From assembly GCA_030141605.1 (NCBI GenBank), contig JAQGDQ010000157.1, forward strand, positions 385,266 to 449,265: a stretch of DNA of 64,000 bases, read 5' to 3'. Of the stretch, positions 1 through 13,420 are shown piece after piece. Positions within the stretch are counted from its first letter, which is position 1, and the number at the start of each line of letters is the position of its first letter. The notes below the pieces were generated by a model. The model did no database searches. It had not been told where the DNA came from and saw only the letters and a list, made by a program, of their open reading frames with translations. Made by a program: the position numbers and the translations under genes. The DNA comes from Tubiluchus corallicola. Taxonomy: Eukaryota; Animalia; Priapulida.

Positions 1-103
1 ACCCATGTGCCAAAGACGTCATTTGTGACTAAGTGAGGTTTGGTGATTGTGACAAGTGGCAATTATCAACTGAGTTCTAGTTTCATCTGCAAGCTACAGC
101 AAA

Positions 104-1045
104 ATGTTATCAGAAACCGATAAAACCCCGCTACTGTGGAGCAACGTAGCGCTAGCCGCTTCCTCTGCACTGGCAATAGTCCTCAACATTATCGCCGCCC
201 TGGTGGTGTACCTGTGCAGGAGGAAAAGCAACAATAAATCGACCCAAAAGTTCCTCCTGGCTTTGACTCTCGAAGGAGTTGGGGTGTCCTTATTGCCGGG
301 CGCCATCTATTCCATAACTCAGGTAATGAAATGGGAATGGGTGCAGCAAGTTTGTGGTGGACTTACTTGGAGCTTTGCTAGTTTGGCGTTCCTGCAGGCC
401 GCAACTAGTACATCTGCGCTTTTGGACAGATTGTACGCCATACGATGGAGAATGCAGTACACGAAAAGAATCAACCAAAAAGATATTAAGTATCATTTGT
501 TGGCTTGTTCTGTGGTTTGCGCTTGTCTGGGAGCAATTCCAACTTTTCTCAGGACTATTGAAAAGGTACATTGTCCATTTCTGCCTTACGATTTTACTTT
601 CGGCTATGGCGCTTTTGTTTGTGTGATATACATATTCTTGCTAATCGTGACCACCGTGTCGCTAGTGTTGCTCTTTTTGACCATGAGGAAACTCAAATGG
701 GAGGGCTGGAAAAACGATGTTTTTCTGGTGAATCAAACTGATTATAAGGAAGATCGCATTGCAAGAGTCGCCGAGAGTGACTACACGTCATCGTTGACCA
801 GCTCTCTGAAACCACTGTCCACATTTTCCAGCTTGGCCAGCAGCACAAAGTTCGACAAAAGTGCTGACCTGAGCAATTTGAGTTACAGAGGAAACAACTC
901 GCTTAATTTGAGCAATAGCAGTAGTTGGAATCGAAGACGCAAGGTGAGAGAAAAATTGGGAGGCATGGAGTCTTACACTGATCAATGGAAGACTATTGTT
1001 GTAATCACAATTGTGGACTATTTACTTCTGCATTCGCCATTACTG
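104..1045 (+). CDS. Orphan class A (rhodopsin-like) GPCR, coding exon 1 (TM1-TM6); model join(104..1045,16018..16231,21317..21453,21887..22006,23014..23136,23866..24006,24589..25491), about 859 aa
   Basis: caaaATG start with an in-frame TGA at 71-73. Six hydrophobic segments, with Cys at the top of TM3 (VCGG) and in ECL2 (HCPF). DRY-like 'DRLYAI'; Ser-rich long ICL3; donor CTG|GTAAGA at 1046 (phase 0). A resemblance to GPR149/153/162-type orphans is only an impression. Confidence 0.85.
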
Positions 1046-1145
1046 GTAAGAATTTTTACCTTTTTAGTCAGAAAATTGCTACGTCATAACTAATCACGTC
1101 ATCAACAAATTTATTGTACGAGTTTGTGAATGCTTTGAAGGCACG

Positions 1146-1485
1146 TTTAGTTAAGTTTAGTTTAGTATATTAAGTAGCACAGATATAAATTTAATGAAAA
1201 AAATGGCTACTTAAAAGTTTACGGTTAAAAGCACAAAGAGTCAAGGCTACTTACGTATGCCTGTTAAAACATAAAATTAAATGATTTTAAGATTTACATA
1301 TTTGAAACATTTTTTAAAAAGTTTGCTATTCTGAGCAGAGACTGAGGGGGCACCGCCGACAGACTCAGAGAGTTGATTCCAGATTCTAATTATTCTGTTT
1401 GAGAAAAGGGTTTTAAAACTATCAAGTCGGCAGTGGGTTGTAACTTCCAGCGGCGACTCCTTGTTACATTAGATAAAGGCGCTTT
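1146..1485 (-). mobile_element. CR1-clade LINE 3' remnant
   Basis: Minus strand reads TRSRRWKL..CRLDSFKTLFSNRIIRIWNQLSESV (CR1 ORF2 C-terminus, frameshifted), followed by a (CTAAA)n-like tail. Confidence 0.7.
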
Positions 1486-2065
1486 GCTAAAAATACATCT
1501 TTGTCTATAGCACTGTCTCCAGGTAATATAGAATAACCTCTCTGAGGCTATTACATTACTTGACTTCGAGAAGCGCTAATGGAGATGTGACAGTGTGCGC
1601 CTCTCCAAGAATGCAAACTACTTCAAGAGCAGTGATTCGATCTAATTTCGTTACCAATGAACTCATTTATTGAACAGTAGGTTAATGAGTTCAGTACTGG
1701 AGGGAAAACAATGGTTTAGTTTACCTAAGTTTAGTATTTTTAGATACACGGTGATATAGTTTTTAGGCACAGATACTTAGTGACCGCAATTACACGGCTT
1801 TTACGGCAATACATGCCCACGTGATGCAATGACAATTAATTTTTTTTAAATAACGCCGCCACATACGATTAATAATAGGTCCCATTTTTTCATTTCTTAT
1901 CGGCAATGTCGGTGCTGCGTATGTGAGTAATGTCTAATGAAATCCTTGTGGTTTGAGAAAATATAAATCGCACATTGCTAATCTGTGTCAACACTCATCT
2001 GAACTGGTTCTATACTGTGAGCTGCTTAGAATGTATCGTGAACAACATTATCAAATGTATTTTGC

Positions 2066-2445
2066 AATAAGCATTTTCACAGTTTAAGTGAAAGGTTATT
2101 GGTCAAGGTTAAGGTTAAGTGTACCACAGCAGTGCGTCTTAACTACAACCGTCATATGACATGTGGGTAAAGCAAAGCCATCTTCCACAGTAGTTCAGTA
2201 ACTTCAGTTGTTTTACGCGCGGACTTTACTTAATTATGCATTAGTCTGTGTGTAGAGTGATTTACCAGCGGATATTGCTTGGGAACAAAAAAATGAACTA
2301 GATAAAGTTCTAGTTAGCTGTTGAAATTGTTACTATTACAATAGCATGGCGCGTTACCAAGTGTACACAAATGCGTTGTCTGGTACACTTAATCTTTGAC
2401 CTTTTCACGATCGTCATCAATCCTGGAACAGTGAAAAGGCTTGTT
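2066..2445. mobile_element. MITE family A, copy 1
   Basis: Terminal inverted repeats (TIRs) aataagc(c/a)ttttcacagt...gtgaaaaggctt; homologous to 11133, 15377, 20917 and 29306. Confidence 0.85.
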
Positions 2446-2862
2446 GTGAACATGCCTCCTGCAGTCATAACTATGATCTATAATGCAGAATTAATGCATT
2501 CAAATTAATCCACGCCTTTTGGTTGAAAGAATTCAAAACTTAAACTCTGGTTTGGTGATCAGTTTAATCTGGTCAGCAGTCAGTTGCCGAAAGCCTACAT
2601 AACTATTACACAATTCCGCCTGTCTAGAACAGCCCAAGGCAACATGTGTCACATTTTAAAAACAGTAATGATTTTCTAATAACTAGTTTTTGTTATTCAA
2701 CCACTTTGGAACGTCACTTTCTGTTTTCTTTTGAGAAATTTCTCGGTAAATTTTACTTCCTATTTACGTTTTGATGGATTGCTTATAAGTTATTTCCCGA
2801 ACTTTGTCTGCGACAGCTTCAAAATAAGATTGCCATTGTCATACCCGTAAAGATACCTATAA

Positions 2863-3049
2863 ATTTAAAGGGTACTTTGTCTTCCTTACGATTATGACTG
2901 AAAAATAAGAGTTTTTTGAGATTTAAAGGGCACTTTGTCTTCTTTATGGTTATGACTGAAAAATAAAAGTTTTTTGAGATTTAAAGGGCACTTTGTCTTC
3001 TTTATGGTTATGACTGAAAAATAAAAGTTTTTTGAGATTTAAAGGGCAC
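2863..3049. repeat. Minisatellite, 58-bp unit x3.2
   Basis: Unit starts at 2863, 2921, 2979 and 3037. Confidence 0.95.
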
Positions 3050-4070
3050 AAAAGTTAGAAAACGGCCACATTCGTAAACCTAATGCGTTGTCTGCGTGTG
3101 ACAGGGTCAAGAGTTTGGCGAGAGAGAGTAGTTCGGCGGGCAAACAAAGTATAATTGTTATGAAGTTTAGGAAGAAGTGAGAGTTACTGCAGGTAAAAGT
3201 AACATTAGGCTATTGTAATAGTAATAGGCAGTAGCTAAAGATTTTTAACAATGGGGTTTCTTTGTTTTTACCAAAATTATGTTTTCTAAGCCAGCGATAA
3301 AAATTATGTCTATGTCAACGCAAGGATAAATTTGCCATTCGTGCAGGTAGTGATGCGGTGGTGCCTATAGCAGAGCAGCGAATGGCTATGTGGCGGCTGA
3401 CAAAGTGAATGTTGAAATTTATTACAAAAGGTTAGATTTGAATGTTTCTGTTTGGCTGCTTATTAAACTTGTTATTACAGATCAGATTGCGAGTAAGTGT
3501 GAGCAAATAGTAATAATATGATCTGAAAAATCATGGAAAAAGATATATAATGTTAATAATATTGAAAACCTAACCACTGAAATTCTACGTGGATAAGTGC
3601 GCATGTTTGATATTTCTCAGTGCCTTACACTTGGTGAATGTTAACTCAGCACCCACTGAGGTGGTGCCCTCAGACCCTCAACTGCATTACCCACAGCCTC
3701 ATCACTCGCAAAGAGGAACTGATAACGCTCAATAACAAATCTTCAGTGTATTCAGAATTTAAAATTAGCAAAAATACTTTTTTTCTGTACAAATATAGCT
3801 GAGCTACAATATTTCCGCCTCTTGGAATAAACACTACAATTTGGACGTGCAGATTTTATTTGCCCCATTTTTAGCGAGGCTCAGTTCCGAGTGACCAAGA
3901 GCACAGGTTGTATAACAGCTCATTAGCGCTTCTAACAACAGCAACGGTAGCGGCAAATACCATTCATTTATTGCTCCTATTTCCTTTAAAAGGTGACTGC
4001 ACTTGTGCACTAAGCTTTTGACAAAGGTTTCAGGTTACAACAGCCTAAACAGTGTGAGATGCTTTAAACA

Positions 4071-4684
4071 CTCCGCTTACATAAAGCTTAAAAATTTGTC
4101 TTGAAATTTTATACTACTTACATATGCCTTTTTGTATACAGGGCTTGCATCGGTAGTAATGTTGTATAAAACATGTAAATTTAAACTCCCGTAATGACCA
4201 TTAGACGCAGCCATTTTAATGGTAGGTCGTTTGAAACAAGTTTAGATAATATTGCGTGAGTTCGAAAAAACAATCAGAGCAGTCGTAGCACACATGTTGC
4301 TAACTAAGCAAAATTTCAAATTTCTGTATCTTGTCAATAAGATTAAAAATACGTTTTTTGGTTAGTGAGTGGCGCGCACTGGAGGGTGAGCCAGCGTTAT
4401 TTTACCAATTGGTATGAACATTTAAAATTATTATTTCTAGTTACATAAGTCTTTCCAGCACATAAGCGAAATGCTAGGTAATATAGAATTGCATGGAAAG
4501 TTTTTAGGAGATTGTTTAACATTGCCTTTTCTTCCCCTGACTCACGTTGTGTGTATATGACATCATGTAATGGCGCAGTCGGTACAGTATTGCGAGAGAT
4601 TTAAAATGAAAACTAACAAAAAAGCCTTTCAACGCGAGTACGATATATGCATAACATTGCTGTAAAGTAATATAATTTTTAAGG
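4071..4684. mobile_element. Repeat family B (Kolobok-like non-autonomous element), copy 1
   Basis: About 600 bp homologous to 12305, 34283 and 44945. The intact family end is TTAA-AGG; the superfamily is inferred from that terminus. Confidence 0.8.
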
Positions 4685-4740
4685 AGATATATATGAAGGT
4701 TTTGCGGACTTTGATCGTTTAGAAAGTGACTGAAATACAT

Positions 4741-5262
4741 TTAAAGGGGAAGAAAGGGGAAATTGTAAAGCATTGGAAAGTAAATTGCAACGAACGTTCA
4801 ATGCAAACTTATGTTAGTTAACATTACGTTTACCTGTTTAAAAGACTTATGTAACTAGAAAAGAAAATTCTTAATAATTTGAAATATTCGCCCTACCTGA
4901 TAGAATGACACTCTATCGCGATCCCAATGTGCACGACTGAATCACCAAAAGCACATTATTGATCTTAGTGAAAATATAAAGTGATTTAAACTTTGCATAG
5001 CTAGTGAAGAGTTTGCTACGGATGCTCTAATTATTTTTCAAACTTTACGCAATGTTATCTAAACTTGTTTTAAACGACTTACTGTTAAAATGGCTGCGCC
5101 TAGTTGATCGCGGGAATTTAAATTTTACAAAATTTTGTATACAGCATTATTGTCTAACGCAAGCTCTGTATCCAGTAAGACGTCATGAAAGTGATATAAA
5201 ATTTCAAGACTAGTTTTTAAGCTTTATTCATAGGAATGTTTTCTTGTGATTTTCAGGTGCAA
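4741..5262. mobile_element. Repeat family B, copy 2 (more diverged, inverted relative to copy 1)
   Basis: For example ttatctaaacttgttttaaacgac is the near reverse complement of gtcgtttgaaacaagtttagataa in copy 1. Confidence 0.75.
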
Positions 5263-5557
5263 AGATATTACAAAACATAAAAACTAAAAGCTGTACAAAA
5301 GAGAGACACTGGAATGAAAAACTGGCAGCCAAAGTTAATTAACTAAATAGTATAATTGTCCACAAGGCCTAAATACTACAACTTATAAGTTCGAATTTTA
5401 CAAAATTGTAGCAATAGTTGTGTTTTATACTGAACATGGAGCAGCTAAAATTTCCACAGTACATTATACACTTTACACAATTTAATTTTGCAATATGCAT
5501 GTATTGAATTCATTGAATTCACCCTATTTCCTACACAATTATAAATCACTATTAAAA

Positions 5558-5748
5558 TAATGAATGAATGAATGAATGAATGAATGAATGAATGAATAGA
5601 TAGATAGATAAATAGATAGATAATGGTTGTATGGATGGATAAATGATTGAATGAATGAATGGATAGACAGACAGACAGACAGACAGACAAATGATTGAAT
5701 GAATGAATGGATAGACAGACAGACAGACAGACGGACAGACAGACAGAC
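5558..5748. repeat. Compound tetranucleotide microsatellite (ATGA/ATAG/ACAG)
   Basis: Directly visible. Confidence 0.95.
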
Positions 5749-6427
5749 ATATATATTTATTGTTGTAGACTGTATAATTTGCTGTCAAAATCTATATTAA
5801 ACGTTAACTATGATCCTACTAGTTTAGACGCTTTAGCCGCAAAATCGTCAATTAGCATAATTACTTTAATACGAGACGCCATGGGAGTTACGCTATTTGC
5901 TCCACTTTCGTTTTATGTAAATAGGCTTTCGTGTGGTCAGTTCTCATTGTTGCCTTGGTGGAGAATACTGGCACAGTACACTTTTCGTTTAATCCATTGA
6001 TCAGGAGGAAAGCCACGTCGTCTTTGTTTAACCCTTAAAAATGAAAAACATGCTGCAGTGTTACTTTTTCTTGCTGACAATAACAGAGGGCATTATCAAG
6101 TACACCAAAGTGTTTACAACACTGGCGTCGTCTCCTGTAAGCATTGCTGGTAAGCAGTAGAAACTGGAATGCATTTTCAACAAATTGTTTTTAGCGAGCA
6201 TGTTTTTCACAATCGTGCTAGTTGGTTCATGTGAAAAATACGTCACGCATGCCTACGATAAAATAAAACAAGCTTACAAGTGGGGTAGAGTACTTAAGAG
6301 AGTCGAGTGACTAGCTCCTAGCGTATAATTGAAAAAGGTTTTTCCTGCGTTCTTATCAACTGTTTGCACGGAAGGACAGACAAACAGATGGACAGACAGA
6401 TAGGCAGGGAGATAGACAGACAGCGCG

Positions 6428-6475
<48 letters not shown>

Positions 6476-6827
6476 TTGACAGAGAAATAAACATAAAAAG
6501 GTCTAAAAGAGCAAAATTGGAATAAGTAACCTAGTCCCGTGGTGCTAACAGAAAACCTCTGTTACAAGTATATGCCGTGTTACAAGTGCAAGTTACATAT
6601 TGCTTCTTTAAACCTTACCTGTCTTCTAGATAGGTTTGAAGCAAAGCTTATTAACTGTTGTTTGCCACAATTACATCAGCGAGGACTTTTTAAGCGTTTC
6701 CGGCGAATAAATGAACCGATTTCGCCGGATGTGTCACGAGCCGCTTCCGGTATGGCGGCGTCTGAAGTAGTATAGTATTGTACTGTAATTGTCACACGAG
6801 AAAATAGTCACACGAACCACTATACGG

Positions 6828-7210
6828 TAGAGGTGAGTTTCCAACGTTCGAGTTCGAATCAAATTCGAATGTACAAATTCGATTCGAACGAGTTTTTTTA
6901 GTTCGAATTAGATTTCAACCTAAAATTGTAGATTCGAATAATTTACACTTCAACTACATACGTTCTTTGTCATTAAAACGTTTGCAGCATCATGCAGTCA
7001 GCACAGTTTACCTGTGATTTCTGTGTACAATTTTTAAACAAATTATTAGTGTTTTTACTGTAGAACGAAATTAGATAATATGCTCGTCTTATGTGAGAAT
7101 GCTCTTTATTCGAAAATCTTTACAACTGCAGTCAAATTCGAAATCTCGAAATGCAGTTTTGGTTTGAGTTCGAAAATTGCAAATTCTATTCGATTTGATG
7201 TCGCTTCTGA
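6828..7210. repeat. TTCGA-rich degenerate MITE-like element
   Basis: Clusters of ttcgaa/ttcgag at both ends; termini eroded. Confidence 0.4.
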
Positions 7211-7487
7211 TAGAGAATGCTTACCCCTGCTACACAGAGGAAGCAATAGCTTAGAATACGAATATAATTACGGTAAACTTCCTCTTGAAAAAGTGACAAT
7301 GAATATTGTATGCAGAGCTAGAAGCTGTATAGTGTCCCTTTCAAAGCTTTTTTGAAGAGACTTGTTCAGAATGACGCTGTATAAATGTTCCAGTCGAGTT
7401 CCGATGGTTTACCGGATCTATGTGATTCTAATTGCCCAATCAGTTTGATTGTACGGTGTGCAATTTTTAAAAAAGAAAAGACTGCAG

Positions 7488-7490
<3 letters not shown>

Positions 7491-7575
<85 letters not shown>
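7491..7575. repeat. (TG)n microsatellite
   Basis: Directly visible. Confidence 0.98.
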
Positions 7576-7577
<2 letters not shown>

Positions 7578-8156
7578 ATGGGTTTACAGTTTAAGATTGG
7601 GTCCGGCTTTCCTTTAATATTTAGTAAAAGCGCATATTGAAAATGAGTCTTATTAAGAATACACCTTTTTAAAGTTGCAACATGAAATAATTTTATGAAG
7701 CTGTCATAAGCCCTGAAACGAACGTAAGTTTTTTAAAAATATGTAAAATTGATTTTTTTTACTCAAACAGGTATTTCGAAAATTTTGGCAGTGATTAGTA
7801 ATTCTTAAGTATATAATTACGTTCGCAATCATGTTTTGAAGCATAGTTTTAGCATTTAATCTCTGTAATGATCGAGCCTAATAATTGGTCTTGCTTTCCT
7901 GGAAACGAACATGTACTCAGTCAAAAATAGTAATGCCCTTTAAAGTGCATGAAATACTATGATTAAAGTGTTTCGGTTTCTCTGCGGTTAAAGCGTTTGT
8001 TGAACATATTTTCCAACGAAGCTGAAATGTTGTTATTTCATCGATGCTAAATATGCTGTAATAACAGACGCTTGTCAGCGTTCAGCAATCATATAGTTCA
8101 TTTTTACAATAGCGTAGTTCCCGTGTAAACTAAATTTATCAAGCGAGGAGAATAAG

Positions 8157-8190
<34 letters not shown>

Positions 8191-11132
8191 GCAGAAAGAG
8201 AGCCCTTGACTTAGCATCCGGAGGTATACGGCGGCTGTAGTAGTTACAGTAGAAAAATAATAATCAACTGTTACAACGGACTGCCAAGGATCCTTGAAGA
8301 AAAAATGTAAATATCGCCTCTCCTTGTGTGTGTTTGCAGAGCGAAGTAGCTTTCCAGTATAAATGTTTGAAAAGCAAACTTGCCGAGAGGCAGAGATATC
8401 CGAGCCGCTATATGTAGGTCTTTAGAACTGGTCAGATAATCCTCAAAGTAGGTTCGGACATTGTGTCCACTCGGGACAAAGGAAGATCAAGTTAGACAGA
8501 ATCGACCAGTTCTTTCTCTAAGAAGCTCAAAACTAATGAGGCGTGGTTATTACTCACTTTATTACTCAGATAATCTTAAATCGTGTTTTCCCAGGAGGTG
8601 CGGTGCGAAGTTTTAACCGACGCAAGTTCTCTTTAGGCTCAATTTTTCCTCAATGTTAACATTTTTATCTGCGTTTGACAGTTGTATGATCCTAATAGTG
8701 TTAGGTGTCCCAGATAGATAGATAAGCCTAGATAGATGGACAAATGGTCGTGTCTTCCAAGGGCTGCTTTGAAAGTGTATGAACTGATGGAGAGGGGGAT
8801 TGTACATTGTTCACTATCCACTAACAAAGCTTCAACAGTCAGAAACTTTATGCTTTAAAAATACATTGCTTGTTTTTAACATTTTCCCTGTTGCTAAGCC
8901 TGTCCGCGGAGTTCGAAGGAACTCGAGTTGGTACTCGAATTGAATTTCAACTTCAGATTTTTTACAGAGTTGGATTAATGGAGACGTAGCAGAAGAAATC
9001 TGCAGATTCTGGACGTGGCGACAAATGTTATCGATGCCACATTTCAATTATTTTCATGAATAAAAAGCTGTTTTGTGTTAGAATGTGACTTCTTATAATT
9101 CAGTTTAATGCAGCATGTGTGTTTTAATACCACCTAGACACGCGAACGAACCAAAACTATCATTCTTTCACAGGTGTTATGTGTATATATTATTAGGTGA
9201 TTCAGATACCTCTGTGATGCTGCGAATTCAGTATTTTATTGCAGAAATTATCTGTTTATCCTTGTTGACCGTGATATCCGCGTTCGGGTATCTAATTAAC
9301 CAAAAAATTCAGTTCAGTTATATCTCAAATAAAATTCATTCTATGTAATAAAACTTGTAGTCGTAAAAGACAAATTTCATGAATTCATACAGGTAACCAG
9401 TACAAGGGAAGCTTTGTGTGCCAACTTTGGCTGTACTTTCTAATTACTCAAATAGCTGATTACATCATGGCCAGGCATAATAAATGAATTTTACGATTTT
9501 GCTAATAAATTATTCAAATGAATTAAGGTGTGGGAATTAGTGAAGCTTATACGAGGCGTGCATACAAGTCTGCAGGTATTACAGGTGTGAACTTGCACGG
9601 AATGTAGGTAAAAGTCGGACAGGTAAAAATGGCACAAGAAAAAATGGTACAGAAAAATTGTACAGAAAATGGCACGGTAAACATGGCACAGGAAAAAATA
9701 GCTCAAAAGGAAAAGTAGGAAAAATTGTACAGAAGTTATTTTGATGCAAATAGTAGGAAGCAGATCTCTACCAATCCTGAACGTGTTCGTCTGATTCTTT
9801 TGAAAGAAAAATGTAAAACAAAGACAAATAAGCAAACACACAAAAGCGTGCCTCTATAAAAGTATTTTATAGACTAGCAAAAGGTTCTCAAAATATTTTG
9901 TTCATTAAGTAGAATTATAATCAATAATGCACGAACATTCCACACAGTGTTTGTCTACATCTCTTTAATCATTTGGCGATGGTAATAAACTGACAAATAT
10001 ACGTATTTACATATTAAGTCATTTTATAAGGCTATATAAGCATGCATAAGCAAAGACTATAGGCAGCGTCACATAGTTTTCTAAGTGAGAATTTCTCGCA
10101 ATGAAACTTGGAACTAACTCGTGGTTGTTTCTCTTGGTCGAGATAATAGAAAAAGTTATCATTCTAGCGAAGTCCTTCTTTTTCTAAAGGGCTGTAGCAC
10201 TGCCTCTCAGACCTCTACGACGTGGAGATCCAACACCAGGTGCCCCATTTTCTTCTCTATCTTCAAAACATGTAGTGTTCTTTGGACATTATACGCACGT
10301 TTGTTTTTATTTAGAAAATGACATTTTAATTTTATGAAAAGTCGTGGCCTGAGGAACAGCTGAACGACGATCGAACTTAAATGGTCCGGAGCTTGGTCAA
10401 TAAATGGATAACGGTTTGGGGAGTTCCAACCGAAAAATTGCTTCTGAGTGTATCGATCTGTTAGTACTTCTCAGTTCTGCTTGGTTGAGAGAGGATGTAT
10501 TTGAACACCACTAGGATACCGATGCTCGTTCAATGTCTCATTTTAGAGGATCATTCTTCTTCGTCATTAGCTAGATTTCGTTCTGTAGATAGAGACGTAT
10601 TGTAGATAAAAACCAGTATTACGTACTTTATTTTGTACCGGTATATGTAAAACTGCAGGTATATATAACAAATTGGCACATTTTTGTGTAATTTGGTACT
10701 CTGTCTCGTTCACATATTAGAAGTAATACAAACTTTAGAACTGTTTTTCATCTTTGTCTGATATTGCACGATGATTTTTCACAATACAGTAAGTGCCAGC
10801 ACTCTGCATGTACGTAATAAGCTTCATGTATTTTTTGTTTGGTGACATTCTGTAGTGCTTAATTACATTAGCTACTGTTGAGAAACTTAGACCAAAGTCC
10901 AGGGATTGGTTCTAATGTAACCTGGAGAACGTATCAATACAACAGCCTTGGTTAAGGTGTGTGAGATTTGAGAACGTAATTTTTAACTGCAAAAATAAGT
11001 GTATTTTCTTACGTTAACATTAATTTTAATTTTTGCGAAGGTAGCTTCAGTGTCAAGACTATCAGCAGATTATTAAAATAGAGCCAGTGCGATTAGTCCG
11101 TACAAAAAACGTTAATATTCTAAAGGAACTAC

Positions 11133-11524
11133 AATAAGCCTTTTCACAGTTCCAGCGATTGATGATGATCGTGAAAAGGTCAAAGGTTAAGTATAACAGA
11201 TAACGTATTTGTGTACACTTGACAACGCCTCGCAGCCCATGCTATTGTAATAGTAACAGTTTTAAGAACTAGCTAGAACCTTACCTAGTTCGTTCTTTCT
11301 TTTTCCCAACCAAGATCCTCCTAGAAAATTTTATGCCCAGACTAGTGCATAATTAAGTAAAGCCCACGTAAACAACTGACGTTATTGAACTGACGCGGCA
11401 GCCGGCTTTGCTTTACCCACGCGTCTCGTGACGGTTGTAGTTTAAGACGCGTTGCTGTGGTACACTTAAACTTTGACCTACAGCAACTGCGCGTGCGCAC
11501 AACGAAAGTGTGAAAAGGCTTATT
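11133..11524. mobile_element. MITE family A, copy 2 (opposite orientation to copy 1)
   Basis: AATAAGCCTTTTCACA...TGTGAAAAGGCTTATT perfect TIR. Confidence 0.9.
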
Positions 11525-12304
11525 ATCATAATTATTCTATCTAATGTAATTGTAAAACTATGTATAGCAGATAAAGGCAACATTACTTTGTTAAGTTTAT
11601 TTTTCTATCGGATTAAAATGATATTTTACTCTACTGAACTGAAAATGCATCTGTGTTTCAGTTTTTCTAACACTTGCCTTTTATAATAGATATATTGTCC
11701 AGGACTGGACATGGCAGTCAATTAAAACTTATCTACTCGAGTCCTTCAGACTTATCCATCTTCAAAGTCACTGTCTTTCTTACTTAGCCAGTTGTGGCGA
11801 CAAGAATTGTCTCTCGTGGGACAAGCGGAAATTTCTTTGACTACGCCGACTTGTTCAGGGACAAAGAAGTTGGCTTAGTGGGTCAATTAAACATTAATTA
11901 CGGCGTGCGCATTATCTACGACACTCACATTAATTACGCTGTACGCTTCATCTACGATACACACGCACCTCTGTTCACTTTCTCTAGAACCGTTGTGTCG
12001 GTAAATCCGGATGTTGTTTTCCAATAAATCTCCTCTTTCTACTGCCGACGAGAACTGGCCTGAACTCGTTAGAGGAGCTTTATCTCATCCTGGGCAGAAA
12101 TCAGTGCAGAAATGATGAAATTGCAAAAGTAAAATCACCTACTGAGATCCTCTGATTTTGATAAAAACATGATTTTACGATAACCTATTGCACTTGCAGT
12201 TTATTTGCTCAAACTAACTTTTTGTGCGGGGGAGGGGTGAGGGAAACTTGATAATCAAAAATATTTTTGTATTCTTGGTAACACGAAAATCTCTGCCCTG
12301 TTTT

Positions 12305-12983
12305 AACTGCTTAAATCACAAGAAAACCTTCCACTTGCATAGAGCTTAAATATTCGTCTTGAAATACCCCTTTCATACTGCCTTTTTACATGCAGGGCTT
12401 ACGTCGGCAGTAACGCTGTATAAAATCTCTAAATTTAAACTCCCGCGACGACCGTTAGACGCAGCAATTTTAATGGTAGGTCGTTTGAAACAAGTTTAGC
12501 TAATATTGCGTGAAGTTTGAAAAAATAATCAGAGCATTCGTAGTACACATGTTACTAACTAAGTAGAATTTTAAATTCTGTATCTTGTCAATAAGATTAA
12601 AAATACGTTTTTTGGTTAGTGAGTGGCGCACCCCGGAAGGTGAACCAGCTACATTTTACCAAATGGTACGCATATTTTAAATTATTATTTCTAGTTACAT
12701 AAGTCTTTTCAGCAGGTAAGCAAAAAGCTAAGGAATATAGATTTGCACGGAAAGTTTTTGGGACATAATTTAACATTTCCTTTTCTTCCCCTTTTTTACG
12801 TTTGCGTAGTGACGTCATGTAATGGCGCCGTGGGAACAGTATTGCAGGAGCTTTAAGATGAAAACAAACAAAAATCCTTCTAACGCGAGTACGACGTATG
12901 CGTATAATTGCTATAAAGTAATATAATTTTTCAAGGCGAGTTTTCTGAAGCCTACTTCAGGTGCGCCTTTTCTTCTCCTTTAA
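12305..12983. mobile_element. Repeat family B, copy 3
   Basis: Homologous body; ends cttttcttctcctTTAA. Confidence 0.85.
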
Positions 12984-13045
12984 GTGATGTGTAAATCACT
13001 TCTGCCTGCAGATTTATTGTGCTATTTGTATAATAATAAAGGTTT

Positions 13046-13420
13046 ATCATCATCATCATATACCCTGTTTCTATACAAAATGGTATTCTGCAAGCTAGAT
13101 TTCATCACTCAACGCATGCAGAACCTAGATAACGCAATGCTTATGGCGGAACCGGAATCCACTTCGTCATCAAGGAAAATATTTTGAAATAAGGGACTGA
13201 CTTGCAGATGTGTCGCTTTACTGCAACGAAAGAGATGGATGATGGCAGAATGCCTGGTGAAATTGCCCAGAATCATTTTTCGACTATCTCTCATCTCTTT
13301 AAAAATCAGGACTGCGTAACTCTCATAATGAAGATGGAACAGTGACCTGAGCATTTTAATAATGACACTAAGTCTTGCCTTTCGACCAATTTTCCAAATA
13401 AGACTATCAACCGGCGATAA
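13046..13420 (-). mobile_element. Probable LINE 3' remnant with (GAT)n tail
   Basis: Minus strand ends gtatagaaacagggtatatgatgatgatgat; decayed coding-like sequence upstream; tail shared with the SINE at 18891. Confidence 0.45.

Noticed and set aside
1046-1093. End of the 329-aa ORF as the GPCR C-terminus
   Set aside because: Read-through into the intron after a GTAAGA donor; TM7 is found in exon 16018..16231.
8200-10560. Coding-like stretches at ~8200-8600 and ~10050-10560 as retroelement fragments
   Set aside because: Only faint similarity by eye; needs a translated search against repeat proteins before calling.
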